Shown here piece after piece: positions 9,802 to 18,842 of a stretch of 64,000 nucleotides of DNA. The stretch is from Patescibacteria group bacterium (GTDB lineage: Bacteria > Patescibacteriota > Patescibacteriia > 2-01-FULL-39-33). Positions within the stretch are counted from its first letter, which is position 1. The number at the start of each line of letters is the position of its first letter. The notes below the pieces were generated by a model. It did no database searches. It was given only the letters and a program-made list of their open reading frames with translations, and was not told where the DNA came from. Location of the stretch: NCBI GenBank assembly GCA_041645075.1, contig JBAZQS010000002.1, forward strand, positions 693-64,692. The letters are read 5' to 3'. The translations under genes were made by a program, and so were the position numbers.

Positions 9802-11910
9802 ATGCCCGATGGCTCGAATCCGTTAAATTCAAATCAAGAAAATCAAAATATGGATTTACCCTTAAACCCAAAACCAAGTAAAGATAATTTAAAAAAATTG
9901 AATTTTTTTTCTAATTATCCAGCCAATAAAGACAACGGCAGCCAAGGCAAAAAAGGGTCCGCCAGCCGGCGGATTAGATTTTTTAGAAAAGAAGTCAGCA
10001 CCATGCAAGACGACATCGCTAACTTAATCGCCAGCAAAAATCGTAAGGCCGGTAAAAAAAATGGCGTATCAAACCAGCGCCGGGATATTCAAAGGAATTT
10101 AACCGAGGTCTATACGGACGGCGACGGCAAAATTCCCGATTTAACCAAATTAGAAAGAATTCAGCGGCCGCTCTGGAAAACCGTTTTGTATGTTTTAATC
10201 GCGGTCTTAGCTGTTTTACTTGTGGCGGCGATTGCCGGTTTTTACTTTTTCAATAATTTAAATAATCAGGATGCCTTTACCAATGAGAAAGTGGCTTTAA
10301 AAATTGAAACGCCGATCGCCATTGTTTCCGGCCAGGAAATGGTTTATACCATCACCATCACCAATAAGGAAAAAGTCAATTTATATAATGCCGAATTGGA
10401 ACTTTTTTATCCTGATAATTTTGAATATGTCTCGGCCGAGCCGGTCGCCCTGGGCGATAAGAAAAATACTTGGGATTTTGCGGTTATTAAAACCGGGGAA
10501 ACCCAGAAAATCCAATTAACCGGAAAAATTTTAGCGCCCCTCAATTCCACCCAAACCATCAAGGGCACGTTAAATTTTAAGCCCTCTAATTTAAACGCGA
10601 CCTTCAAGCAGGAGGCCATTGTTGATGTCGTGGTCTCGGCTTCAAATATTAGTTTGGATGTTACGGGTCCGGAAAAGACCTTAGCCAACCAGAAAGTGGA
10701 ATATGTTATAAAATATAAAAATACCGGCCAAGACGATTTATCCGACTTACAGTTGGTGGCGGAGTATCCGGACGGATTTGTTTTTAATTCTTCCGACCCC
10801 GAGCCCCAAAACGATAATGGCAATAATAATGTGTGGGCGATAAAGGCCTTAAAACAAAATGCGGAAGGGCAATTGAAAATAAAAGGAGATTATTCCGCGG
10901 TCCAAACCGGCGGCAACCGCGATTTCAAAGTTCGCGTTCAATTAAAAAAAGATAATGATTATTATCCGCAAAGCGAAACGTCTTTCGTGACCACGATTAT
11001 TAAAGACCAATTATCTTTGCAGTTGATTATTAACGGTTCGGCCGAAGACCAGCCGATTAATTTTGATGACCTGCTTGTTTATTCTTTGAGTTTTAAAAAT
11101 ACCGGACAGGAAGAACTGAAAGACATAAAAATTTTCGCTAATATGAATTCGCAGATTTTGGATTGGAATACTTTAAAAGACGACCGTCGCGGTTCAAGAT
11201 CGCAGAATTCCATTGTTTGGACGGGCAAAGAAGCGCCCAAATTGTTGAAATTGGCGCCGGGCGAAGAGGGCCAGATTAACTGGAGCATTAGAGTCAAGGA
11301 TTCATCGGTCATTAATGATAAAAATGTAAATAAATTCAATGTAGAGAGTTATATTGAAGGCCGGGCCAGTCAAAGCGGCGAGGCCAGCGGCGAATCAATA
11401 GTAAAAAGCAAAACCGTGGTTAATGCCATAAATTCCGATTTGGGCTTAAATGCTTACGCGCGTTATTATGATGAAGATAATATGGCCTTGGGCGCGGGCC
11501 CGATTCAGCCAACCGTTGGGGAAAAATCCAGTTATAATATCAAATTGGAATTAGCCAATAATTTGCATGATGTTAAGGATTTGCTGGTGGTGGCAACTTT
11601 GCCGAAAGGCGCGGAGTGGGCCGGCCAAGAAACACACACGGCCGGGGATTTGAATTTTAATCAGCAAGCAAAAAAGATAACCTGGACGATTTCTCGTCTC
11701 GCTAAATCAGCCAATAAGGTGGCTGCGACATTTAATGTCGGCCTTAACCCTGGCGATGATGATTTCGGCAAGGTCTTAATTTTAATTTCGGAAATTCAAT
11801 TGACGGGCAAAGACGCGGAAACCGGAGCCGATATCAGCAAGTCATTAAAAGCCATCACCACTTCTTTTGATGACCCGATTTTAGGTCAGGTGAGCGGGAT
11901 AGTGAAATAA
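9802..11910 (+). CDS. Single-pass membrane protein with repeated Ig-like (DUF11-like) domains
   Basis: TM helix at aa ~127-149; repeated Y(T/V)IxxxNxG...YPxxFxFxSxxP...W units. Confidence 0.75.
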   Translation: MPDGSNPLNSNQENQNMDLPLNPKPSKDNLKKLNFFSNYPANKDNGSQGKKGSASRRIRFFRKEVSTMQDDIANLIASKNRKAGKKNGVSNQRRDIQRNLTEVYTDGDGKIPDLTKLERIQRPLWKTVLYVLIAVLAVLLVAAIAGFYFFNNLNNQDAFTNEKVALKIETPIAIVSGQEMVYTITITNKEKVNLYNAELELFYPDNFEYVSAEPVALGDKKNTWDFAVIKTGETQKIQLTGKILAPLNSTQTIKGTLNFKPSNLNATFKQEAIVDVVVSASNISLDVTGPEKTLANQKVEYVIKYKNTGQDDLSDLQLVAEYPDGFVFNSSDPEPQNDNGNNNVWAIKALKQNAEGQLKIKGDYSAVQTGGNRDFKVRVQLKKDNDYYPQSETSFVTTIIKDQLSLQLIINGSAEDQPINFDDLLVYSLSFKNTGQEELKDIKIFANMNSQILDWNTLKDDRRGSRSQNSIVWTGKEAPKLLKLAPGEEGQINWSIRVKDSSVINDKNVNKFNVESYIEGRASQSGEASGESIVKSKTVVNAINSDLGLNAYARYYDEDNMALGAGPIQPTVGEKSSYNIKLELANNLHDVKDLLVVATLPKGAEWAGQETHTAGDLNFNQQAKKITWTISRLAKSANKVAATFNVGLNPGDDDFGKVLILISEIQLTGKDAETGADISKSLKAITTSFDDPILGQVSGIVK

Positions 11911-11918
11911 TTTTGAAT

Positions 11919-13112
11919 ATGTTCCAACTCTTGAAACAGTCAAAAAAATCATCAGCGCGGCTGGGCAAGATTAAAACTATCCACGGCGAAATACAGACGC
12001 CGTTTTTTATGCCTGACGCGACCCGGGGTTTTGTCAAGTCAATTGACAATAAAGAGTTGGCGGCGGTAGGCACAGAAGCGATGGTAATAAATACGCTTCA
12101 TTTATATTTACAGCCGGGCACCAAAGTCATCAAAAAAGCCGGCCTGTCTGCCGGAACTTCAGCGCAGGCAGGCGGCGTTCATAAATTTATGAATTGGCCC
12201 GGCTTATTGCTTTCCGACAGCGGCGGTTTTCAGGTTTATTCTTTAATCCACCAAAGCCAGGAGCTCGGTAAGATTTACGATGATAAGGTTATTTTTAAAT
12301 CCTCATTAGACGGTTCAAAACATATTTTAACGCCGGAAAAATCAATTCAAATTCAATTTGATTTGGGCGCGGATATGATGGTTTGCCTTGATGATTGTCC
12401 GCCCAATGATTTTCACAGAAAGGACTTAGAAAAATCAGTCGCCAGAACAATTGTCTGGGCCAAGCGCTGCCGCCGGGAATTTGACAAGCAAATTAAAAAA
12501 AGAAAATTAACCGGTTTATCAAAACCGTTATTATTTAGCGTGATTCAGGGCGGCGCCGAACTGGACTTGAGAAAAAAATGCGCTGAAGCGCTGATTAAAA
12601 TCGGATTTGACGGCTATGGTTTTGGCGCCAGGCCGGTAGATAAAAAAGGCGGATTTTTAGGCGGGGTCTTAAAATTTACCGCTGATTTAATTCCCAAAAA
12701 TGCTTTGCGATTTGCCCTTGGCATCGGCCGGCCCGAAGATATTTTAAGATGCGTTCAAATGGGCTGGGATATGTTTGATTGCGTGATTCCGACCAGAGAA
12801 GCGAGGCATGGACGATTATATGTCTGGAAAAATTCAAAGCTTGTCCCCGACTCCGATCGGGGATTCCAAACTTGTCCTCGCCGAGGCGGGTATTCCAAAT
12901 TTTATTGTACTATAAATATTTCCAATTCAAAATATAAGTCGGATTTTACGCCCATAAACGGCATGAATCTAAAAAATTATTCTAAAGCGTATTTACACCA
13001 CCTCTTTAAAGTTGGCGACCCGTTGGCTATGCGATTGGCCACTTTAAATAACTTAAATTTCTATTCAACATTAATGTCTAATATTAGGCGGGAAATTAAT
13101 GAAGTTTGCTAA
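11919..13112 (+). CDS. tgt: tRNA-guanine transglycosylase (divergent, Zn ligands absent)
   Basis: ARLGKIKTIHGEIQTPFFMP, NTLHL, DSGGFQ, DMFDCVIPTREARHG, YSKAYLHHL. Confidence 0.92.
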   Translation: MFQLLKQSKKSSARLGKIKTIHGEIQTPFFMPDATRGFVKSIDNKELAAVGTEAMVINTLHLYLQPGTKVIKKAGLSAGTSAQAGGVHKFMNWPGLLLSDSGGFQVYSLIHQSQELGKIYDDKVIFKSSLDGSKHILTPEKSIQIQFDLGADMMVCLDDCPPNDFHRKDLEKSVARTIVWAKRCRREFDKQIKKRKLTGLSKPLLFSVIQGGAELDLRKKCAEALIKIGFDGYGFGARPVDKKGGFLGGVLKFTADLIPKNALRFALGIGRPEDILRCVQMGWDMFDCVIPTREARHGRLYVWKNSKLVPDSDRGFQTCPRRGGYSKFYCTINISNSKYKSDFTPINGMNLKNYSKAYLHHLFKVGDPLAMRLATLNNLNFYSTLMSNIRREINEVC

Positions 13113-13122
13113 GCCACTTCCA

Positions 13123-13151
13123 TTGACAGAAGAATTTTAATCGTTTACCAT
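13123..13151 (+). promoter_or_regulatory. Sigma70-type promoter
   Basis: TTGACA-17-TACCAT. Confidence 0.6.
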
Positions 13152-13172
13152 ATAAACCAAGGAGGGGAAAAA

Positions 13173-13493
13173 ATGAGATGGTGGCAAAACCATCTCAACA
13201 GACAATTAAAAGAGGAGGGGACTCTAATGAAAGTTGATGGCAAAACAGAATATCGGCCCGGTGATGTTGACTGGGAAAAATACCGCCGTTTCTGGTTAAA
13301 CCAAAAAGTTAAATTGCTTAATTCGGGCTTTGATCCCGGTCAGCTCGCGACGATCATAAAAGTGGTAAAAAACCAAAAAGGACTCCCGCTTTTTTGGCTC
13401 GCCCTCGATCGTTTAGGCGGCGGCAACCAGACGGTGGTGATGAGGAAAAATTTTGAACCCATTGAAGAAGAAATGGGAGAGAAAAATGACTAA
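13173..13493 (+). CDS. Hypothetical protein (alternative start at 13227)
   Basis: GGAGG SD before both ATGs; promoter upstream and hairpin downstream. Confidence 0.55.
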   Translation: MRWWQNHLNRQLKEEGTLMKVDGKTEYRPGDVDWEKYRRFWLNQKVKLLNSGFDPGQLATIIKVVKNQKGLPLFWLALDRLGGGNQTVVMRKNFEPIEEEMGEKND

Positions 13494-13638
13494 TATCCAG
13501 GAGGGAAAAAAATGTCAACGTGGCCGATATCAGAGAAATGCCGCCTTTAGTGATTAAAAAAACTAAAATGGCGGCATTTTCACATTAAAATGGCTACAAA
13601 ACTATCTCGTTAGCGTTTTTCCTGATATAATAGAGACG

Positions 13639-14715
13639 ATGGAAACAATAAATCTAATATATTTATTGGCGATTATAAGTAGTTTTCTGCTGACTTTAAT
13701 TTTGACGCCATTTATTAAGGGACTGGCCTTGAAATACAATATCACGGATAAGCCGGGCGCGGACAGAAAAATACACCACAAGCCAATTCCGCTTTTAGGC
13801 GGCTTGGCCATATTTATTTCTACCTCAATGGTGATTTTTGTCTTTCGTTGGCTGGGGTTGGCGAATTTTTCTCAAATTCCGGATAAATTTTTAATCAGTG
13901 TTTTTTTAGCGGGTTTAATATTAATGGTTGGCGGCTTTTTGGATGATAAGTATAATTTAAGGCCCGGCCAACAAATTATTTTTCCCATGATCGCGGTGGC
14001 CCTGGTTTTGGTTTCCGGAATACAGATTACCTATATCACCAATCCGATCGGCAACGCCAGTAATGCGATTATATATTTATCGCCGGTCATCGGCCTCATC
14101 CTGTCTTTTTTGTGGTTGATGGGCATGATGTATACGACCAAATTTTTAGACGGCTTGGATGGCTTAGTGGCCGGTATGGCCATTATCGCCGGCCTGATTA
14201 TTTTTTTAATCGGCCTGGATTGGGATGTGGCCAGGTCGGCGACAGGCGTTTGGGCTTTGGCTCTGATCGGCGGTGCCGCCGCTTTTTTAATTTTCAATTG
14301 GCATCCGGCAAAAGTTTTTTTAGGCGAAGGCGGCAGCATCTGGCTGGGATTTATTCTGGGCGTTTTATCCATTATCACCGGTTCTAAAATCGCGACCACC
14401 CTTTTAGTGGTCGGCATTCCGGCGCTTGATGTTTTATGGGTAGTCATCAGGCGCGCCGTAAAGCATGAGTCGCCGTTTTCCCACGCGGATAAAAAGCATC
14501 TTCATTATCAATTGTTGAATCTTGGTTTTTCCCATCGGGGCGCGGTTTTATTCCTGTGCTTAATCGCCCTGACCTTTGGTTCGTTAGGAATTTTTACCAA
14601 TAGCCGAGGCAAATTAACTGGATTGATATTTTTATTTATTTTAATGATGCTCTCGGCCCTGGCCATTTATTTAAAATCAAAAAGAAATGAATCAACCAAC
14701 ATTGACCACCCATAA
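13639..14715 (+). CDS. WecA/TagO-type undecaprenyl-phosphate sugar-phosphate transferase (MraY family)
   Basis: RKIHHKPIPLLGG, LDDKY, FLDGLDGL, NWHPAKVFLGEGG, DKKHLH; polytopic. Confidence 0.92.
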   Translation: METINLIYLLAIISSFLLTLILTPFIKGLALKYNITDKPGADRKIHHKPIPLLGGLAIFISTSMVIFVFRWLGLANFSQIPDKFLISVFLAGLILMVGGFLDDKYNLRPGQQIIFPMIAVALVLVSGIQITYITNPIGNASNAIIYLSPVIGLILSFLWLMGMMYTTKFLDGLDGLVAGMAIIAGLIIFLIGLDWDVARSATGVWALALIGGAAAFLIFNWHPAKVFLGEGGSIWLGFILGVLSIITGSKIATTLLVVGIPALDVLWVVIRRAVKHESPFSHADKKHLHYQLLNLGFSHRGAVLFLCLIALTFGSLGIFTNSRGKLTGLIFLFILMMLSALAIYLKSKRNESTNIDHP

Positions 14716-15172
14716 AATCTCGGTCAAAATTTTTGTAAAAATTTTAATTGTCGCGCTCATCGCGAGCATTGCTTTTTTTGGCCTCGCTTATTTTATCAAT
14801 TCGGCTAACCGCCAAGCCGTCATCATTAATAATAAAAAAATTTTAGTTGATGTTGTTAAAACCGAGGCGGAGATGGCCAGGGGTTTGGGCGGGCGCCGGA
14901 ATTTGCCGGAAAACCGCGGCCTGCTTTTTGCTTATGATGGTTATTATGTCCCCAAATTCTGGATGAAAGATATGCGGTTTTCCATAGACATAATTTGGAT
15001 TAAGGACAAGATGGTTGTCGGCTTTGAAAAAAACACGCCGGTATCAAATCAAAACCCCTTGCCGACTTATCAGCCCAAAGATTTTGTAAATTACGTTTTA
15101 GAAGTAAATGCCGGCTTTGTGGATAAGAATCAGATAAAGATAGGGGATAGGGTGGAAATCAGACAGCATTAA
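14687..15172 (+). CDS. DUF192-domain protein
   Basis: RGLGGR..GLLF..FWMKDMRFSIDIIW..YVLEVNAG. Confidence 0.9.
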   Translation: MNQPTLTTHKISVKIFVKILIVALIASIAFFGLAYFINSANRQAVIINNKKILVDVVKTEAEMARGLGGRRNLPENRGLLFAYDGYYVPKFWMKDMRFSIDIIWIKDKMVVGFEKNTPVSNQNPLPTYQPKDFVNYVLEVNAGFVDKNQIKIGDRVEIRQH

Positions 15173-15264
15173 AACACGAAAACACGAAAACAATAAAACA
15201 AATATATTTGACTATTTTTAAAATTTAAGCTAAGATTATTTTTACGATCAATAACATTTAAATT

Positions 15265-15567
15265 ATGAAATTTGCAGTCATTAAGACCGGCGGTAAACAA
15301 TACGTGGTCAAAGAAAAAGATAAAATTAAAGTGGAAAAATTAAAAGCCGCGGCCGGGGAAGATGTTAATTTTGAGACATTGCTTATTGCCGATGGTGAAA
15401 AACTGGAAATCGGTTCACCAATTCTTTCTGAAAGGGTTACGGGCAAAATAATCAAAGAAGGCAGAAACAGAAAAGTGGTCGGCGTTAAATATAAGCCAAA
15501 AACCAGAGAGCATAAAAAATTCGGCCATCGTCAGTATTATACGGAAGTGGAAATAAATAAAATTTAA
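15265..15567 (+). CDS. rplU: 50S ribosomal protein L21
   Basis: FAVIKTGGKQY...GHRQYYT. Confidence 0.97.
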   Translation: MKFAVIKTGGKQYVVKEKDKIKVEKLKAAAGEDVNFETLLIADGEKLEIGSPILSERVTGKIIKEGRNRKVVGVKYKPKTREHKKFGHRQYYTEVEINKI

Positions 15568-15578
15568 GATTTATTTTT

Positions 15579-15605
15579 AAAAAACACCCCCAATGGTGTT
15601 TTTTT
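15579..15605. terminator. Bidirectional terminator between rplU and recR
   Basis: AAAAAACACC...GGTGTTTTTT. Confidence 0.7.
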
Positions 15606-15607
15606 GA

Positions 15608-16207
15608 TTACAATTCTTGCCGGCTTTTAAGGGCGTTTTCCAATGTTATTTCATCGGCATATTCCAGGTCGGCGCCCATGGGCAGGCCGCGCGCCAAGCG
15701 GGTGATTTTTAAATTTTTAAATTGTTTTAAAAGTTTAGTCAGATAAAGCGAGGTGGTTTCGCCCGGCAAATCAGGATTCAGCGCCAAGATTATTTCATTG
15801 ATACTATTATTTTTTATCCTTTCTACTAAGTCATTGATTTTTATGTTTTCCGGCTTAATGTCTTCTAAGGGATTTATATTGCCCCCTAAAATATGGTAGA
15901 CTCCGTCATAGCGGTTGATTTTTTCAATCGCGGTTAAGTCCTGCGGCTTGGCGACCACGCAAATTATTTTTTGGTTTCGCCGGTGGTCGGCGCAGATATG
16001 GCAAGGATTAGTTTCGGAGAAATTAAAACAAACGGAGCAGATTTTAATATTTTCTTTCAGGTGTTCAAGCGCTTCGCCAAACTGGTTTAATTCTGATTGC
16101 GGCCGATATAATAAATAAAAAACCAATCGCTCGGCGGTTTTTGGGCCGATGCTTGGCAATTTGGCAAATTGATTGATTAAATTTTGGATTATTTTAGGAT
16201 AACTCAT
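15608..16207 (-). CDS. recR: Recombination mediator RecR
   Basis: LPSIGPKTAERL HhH, CxxC...CxxC Zn finger, Toprim, ARGLPMGADLEYAD. Confidence 0.97.
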   Translation of the reverse strand: MSYPKIIQNLINQFAKLPSIGPKTAERLVFYLLYRPQSELNQFGEALEHLKENIKICSVCFNFSETNPCHICADHRRNQKIICVVAKPQDLTAIEKINRYDGVYHILGGNINPLEDIKPENIKINDLVERIKNNSINEIILALNPDLPGETTSLYLTKLLKQFKNLKITRLARGLPMGADLEYADEITLENALKSRQEL

Positions 16208-16275
16208 TGATTTGATTTATAACCGCGATTATAAATTTTAATTTTTAGTTATTTACCGCTCCAATTGACCGCCCA

Positions 16276-16304
16276 TTGACAATAATATTTTTACCTGATA
16301 ATAT
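16276..16304 (+). promoter_or_regulatory. Sigma70-type promoter driving a structured transcript
   Basis: TTGACA-17-TAATAT. Confidence 0.55.
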
Positions 16305-16332
16305 ATTAATAACATTTATTGAACTTTAGAAT

Positions 16333-16759
16333 TTGGGAAACGCAAGCGAGTCCGCCACATTAAGTCCAGTTGGCTGGGAATTTGATGACGAGCGCACACC
16401 ACTAATCATCGGAAATTCCCAATGAACGCGATAAATAGTGGTAATCCGTTCTTGCCACTTAACCTGGCCGTGGCCTATTCACATTCTGCGCTTGCCCAAA
16501 AGGGCTCCGGTCAATCTCTCTTTGGGGAGTTCGTCGGGATTGACTGGAGCCCACCAAAATCCCGTCCGGGTTTCAGTGAGGACATGTTTTGCCGGCGACT
16601 CGGCCCTGGGTGCTCTTGGGCACTCGTGGGCAAATGAGAGGGGGTTTTTCTCCACCCCCCAACCTCAAAGCTGCTCGCTCAAAACCCCTGTCTTCCATCA
16701 TTCCCGGGGGGGCGCCCTGCCAACAGTACTTGAAAAATCAAGATGTTGGCAGGGCTTTT
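16333..16759 (+). ncRNA. Candidate structured ncRNA of unknown family
   Basis: GC-rich series of nested helices between a promoter and a terminator (16714-16759); no convincing ORF. Confidence 0.5.
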
Positions 16760-16817
16760 AATTTTGTAGGCCGGGAAATTCAATCCGCAATTGAAAATTT
16801 ATATTTAAGTTTTAAAA

Positions 16818-18200
16818 TTATGGCGCCATCTCAATATTTTTTCCCAAATTTTTAAAGCTCACTAAATCCTCATTAAAATATAATTTAATCACCCCGGTCG
16901 GTCCATTTCTGTGTTTGGCAATATGGATTTCCGCGATATGTTTTTCCTCCTCTGATAAAGAATTTAAGTCATAACCGCGGTCGGCGGATTTTCTGTAAAT
17001 AAACATGACCACATCCGCGTCCTGTTCAATAGAGCCGGATTCTCTCAAATGGGACAACTTCGGAATGGCCGGATGGCTGGCTTCCACGGCGCGGTTAAGC
17101 TGGGATATGGCCAAAACCGGGACATTTAATTCTCTGGCCACGCCCTTGAGCGAGCGGGATATTTCCGTGATTTCTTGCACCCGATTATCGCCGTGACTGC
17201 TTGACCCCTCCATTAATTGCAGATAATCAATAATAATCAGGTCTAAGCCGTGTTCCATTTGCAGTCGTCTGGCTTTGGTCCTGATTTCCATAATATTGCT
17301 GTTGGCAAAATCGTCAATAAATATCTGGCTTTCCGACAATTCGCTCATGGCGTGGCCGATTTTAGGAAAATCATCACCGCCCTCGGAAAGTTTGCCGGTG
17401 CGCATTTTCCACAGGCCCACGCCCGCCTCGGCGCAAATTAAGCGGTCCACTAATTGCTCTTTTGACATTTCCAAAGAAAATATGCCCACGGCCATTTTAT
17501 TTTTCGTGGCCACGTGTCTGGCGATATCAAGCGCCAAAGAGGTTTTTCCCACCGACGGCCTGGATGCCAAGATTAGCAAATCAGATTTTTGCATGCCGGC
17601 CAAAAGGTTGTCTAAATCCGTAAAGCCCGTCGGTATGCCTCTTAATTTTCCTTTTTCCCGGTGCAATTCGTCAATGCGGTCAAAAGCGTCTGATAAAATA
17701 TCCTGGATGGGCGTAAATTTTTCTTTCAAATAATTTTGCGAAACGGAAAAAATGGTTTGTTCGGCTTTATCAAGAACTTCGCTCACCTCCCGCTCTTCAT
17801 GATAACTGGTTTCCAGTATTTTGTTGGCCGCCGAAATCAACCTCCTTAAGGTGGATTTTTTTTGAATAATTTTTGCGTAAGAAATGACATGGGCGGCGGA
17901 GGGGACTTGGTTGGTCAGGGAAACCAAATAGCTCCGGCCGCCGATTTTTTCCAATAAATTTTTTTCCTGAAGCCGGCTGGATAAGCTCAAAAGGTCAATT
18001 TCCTCTTTCCGCTCAAATAAGTCCAAAATTGTTTCAAAAATAATATTATGATTTTCTGAATAAAAATCGCCCGCCTTGAGCAGGTCGGCGATTTTAATAA
18101 TCGCGTCCTTATCAATCAATAAGGCGCCCAATAAAGATTGCTCGGCTTCAATGTTTTGCGGGGGTAATTTTTCCACTAAATTTCGGGTATTGTCCGGCAT
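16818..18200 (-). CDS. dnaB: Replicative DNA helicase DnaB
   Basis: PPQNIEAEQSLLG, ASRPSVGKT, FSLEMS, IDYLQL, LRESGSIEQDAD, KHRNGP. Confidence 0.98.
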   Translation of the reverse strand: MPDNTRNLVEKLPPQNIEAEQSLLGALLIDKDAIIKIADLLKAGDFYSENHNIIFETILDLFERKEEIDLLSLSSRLQEKNLLEKIGGRSYLVSLTNQVPSAAHVISYAKIIQKKSTLRRLISAANKILETSYHEEREVSEVLDKAEQTIFSVSQNYLKEKFTPIQDILSDAFDRIDELHREKGKLRGIPTGFTDLDNLLAGMQKSDLLILASRPSVGKTSLALDIARHVATKNKMAVGIFSLEMSKEQLVDRLICAEAGVGLWKMRTGKLSEGGDDFPKIGHAMSELSESQIFIDDFANSNIMEIRTKARRLQMEHGLDLIIIDYLQLMEGSSSHGDNRVQEITEISRSLKGVARELNVPVLAISQLNRAVEASHPAIPKLSHLRESGSIEQDADVVMFIYRKSADRGYDLNSLSEEEKHIAEIHIAKHRNGPTGVIKLYFNEDLVSFKNLGKNIEMAP

Positions 18201-18311
18201 AGATATTTCATTCTGGCTAATTTTAATTCTAATGTATTTTAACTAATATATTTTATTTTCGCAAATGGAAGTTTTAAACAGATTATTCACGGATTGTTAG
18301 CCCCCTAAATG

Positions 18312-18340
18312 TTGCTAAAAATAAATTTATTTGTTATAAT
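18312..18340 (+). promoter_or_regulatory. Promoter for the tRNA-Lys locus
   Basis: TTGCTA-17-TATAAT. Confidence 0.6.
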
Positions 18341-18361
18341 ATTTTTTGATACTAATAATAA

Positions 18362-18495
18362 GCGCCTATAGCTCAGTCTGGGTCGAGACCGCAGGTCGAG
18401 ACGGGTTGGAAGCGAGGTTAGGAGCGAAGCGACGACGCCGAGAGTCGGACAATCTGCTGGTAGCAGATTGGACGCCAACCCAGGAAGAGCAACAG
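18362..18495 (+). pseudogene. Duplicated 5' part of tRNA-Lys interrupted in the D-loop by a ~100-nt structured insertion
   Basis: GCGCCTATAGCTCAGTCTGG identical to the tRNA start; resumes as AGAGCAACAG after the insert, then diverges. Confidence 0.8.
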
Positions 18496-18522
18496 TATTG
18501 TTTTAAAAATTAATTAAGTCAC

Positions 18523-18599
18523 GCGCCTATAGCTCAGTCTGGTAGAGCAACAGCCTTTTAAGCTGATGGTCGCAGGTTCAAATCCTGCTGGGCGCACCA
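18523..18599 (+). tRNA. tRNA-Lys (TTT)
   Basis: GCGCCTA/TGGGCGC acceptor stem, loop CTTTTAA, GGTTCAAATCC, encoded CCA. Confidence 0.95.
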
Positions 18600-18651
18600 A
18601 TAAGGAACTTTCTGCCGTTAAGGCGATACTTTTTGTTTTTAATTTTGACAT

Positions 18652-18680
18652 TTGACATTAAAAAATATTAGCGGTATATT
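18652..18680 (+). promoter_or_regulatory. Sigma70-type promoter
   Basis: TTGACA-17-TATATT; boxA-like GTTCCTTGAAAAT at 18734. Confidence 0.6.
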
Positions 18681-18842
18681 TAAAGCAGAAACACTGATTT
18701 GAAAACAAAAAAACGAATATAATCAGGGAGTCAGTTCCTTGAAAATTTGTAAATTTAGCCAAAAAGTGGCTAAATTTTTGTTTAAATAAAGCAGAAATAG
18801 GGGTTTGTGAATAACTTTAAAAGAAAGGAGGATTGACAAAAA

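Noticed and set aside
13486-13552. Tiny SD-led ORFs after the 13173 gene
   Set aside because: Only 12-23 codons and overlapping a terminator-like hairpin; cannot be supported
16333-16759. tmRNA, RNase P or SRP RNA assignment for the structured region near recR
   Set aside because: No tRNA-like ends with TTCGA/CCA, no GAGGAAAGTCC, and no SRP GGAA-loop motif on either strand
16422-16855. Three overlapping ORFs of 71, 107 and 88 aa
   Set aside because: No SD, no protein-like pattern; expected by chance in a GC-rich structured stretch
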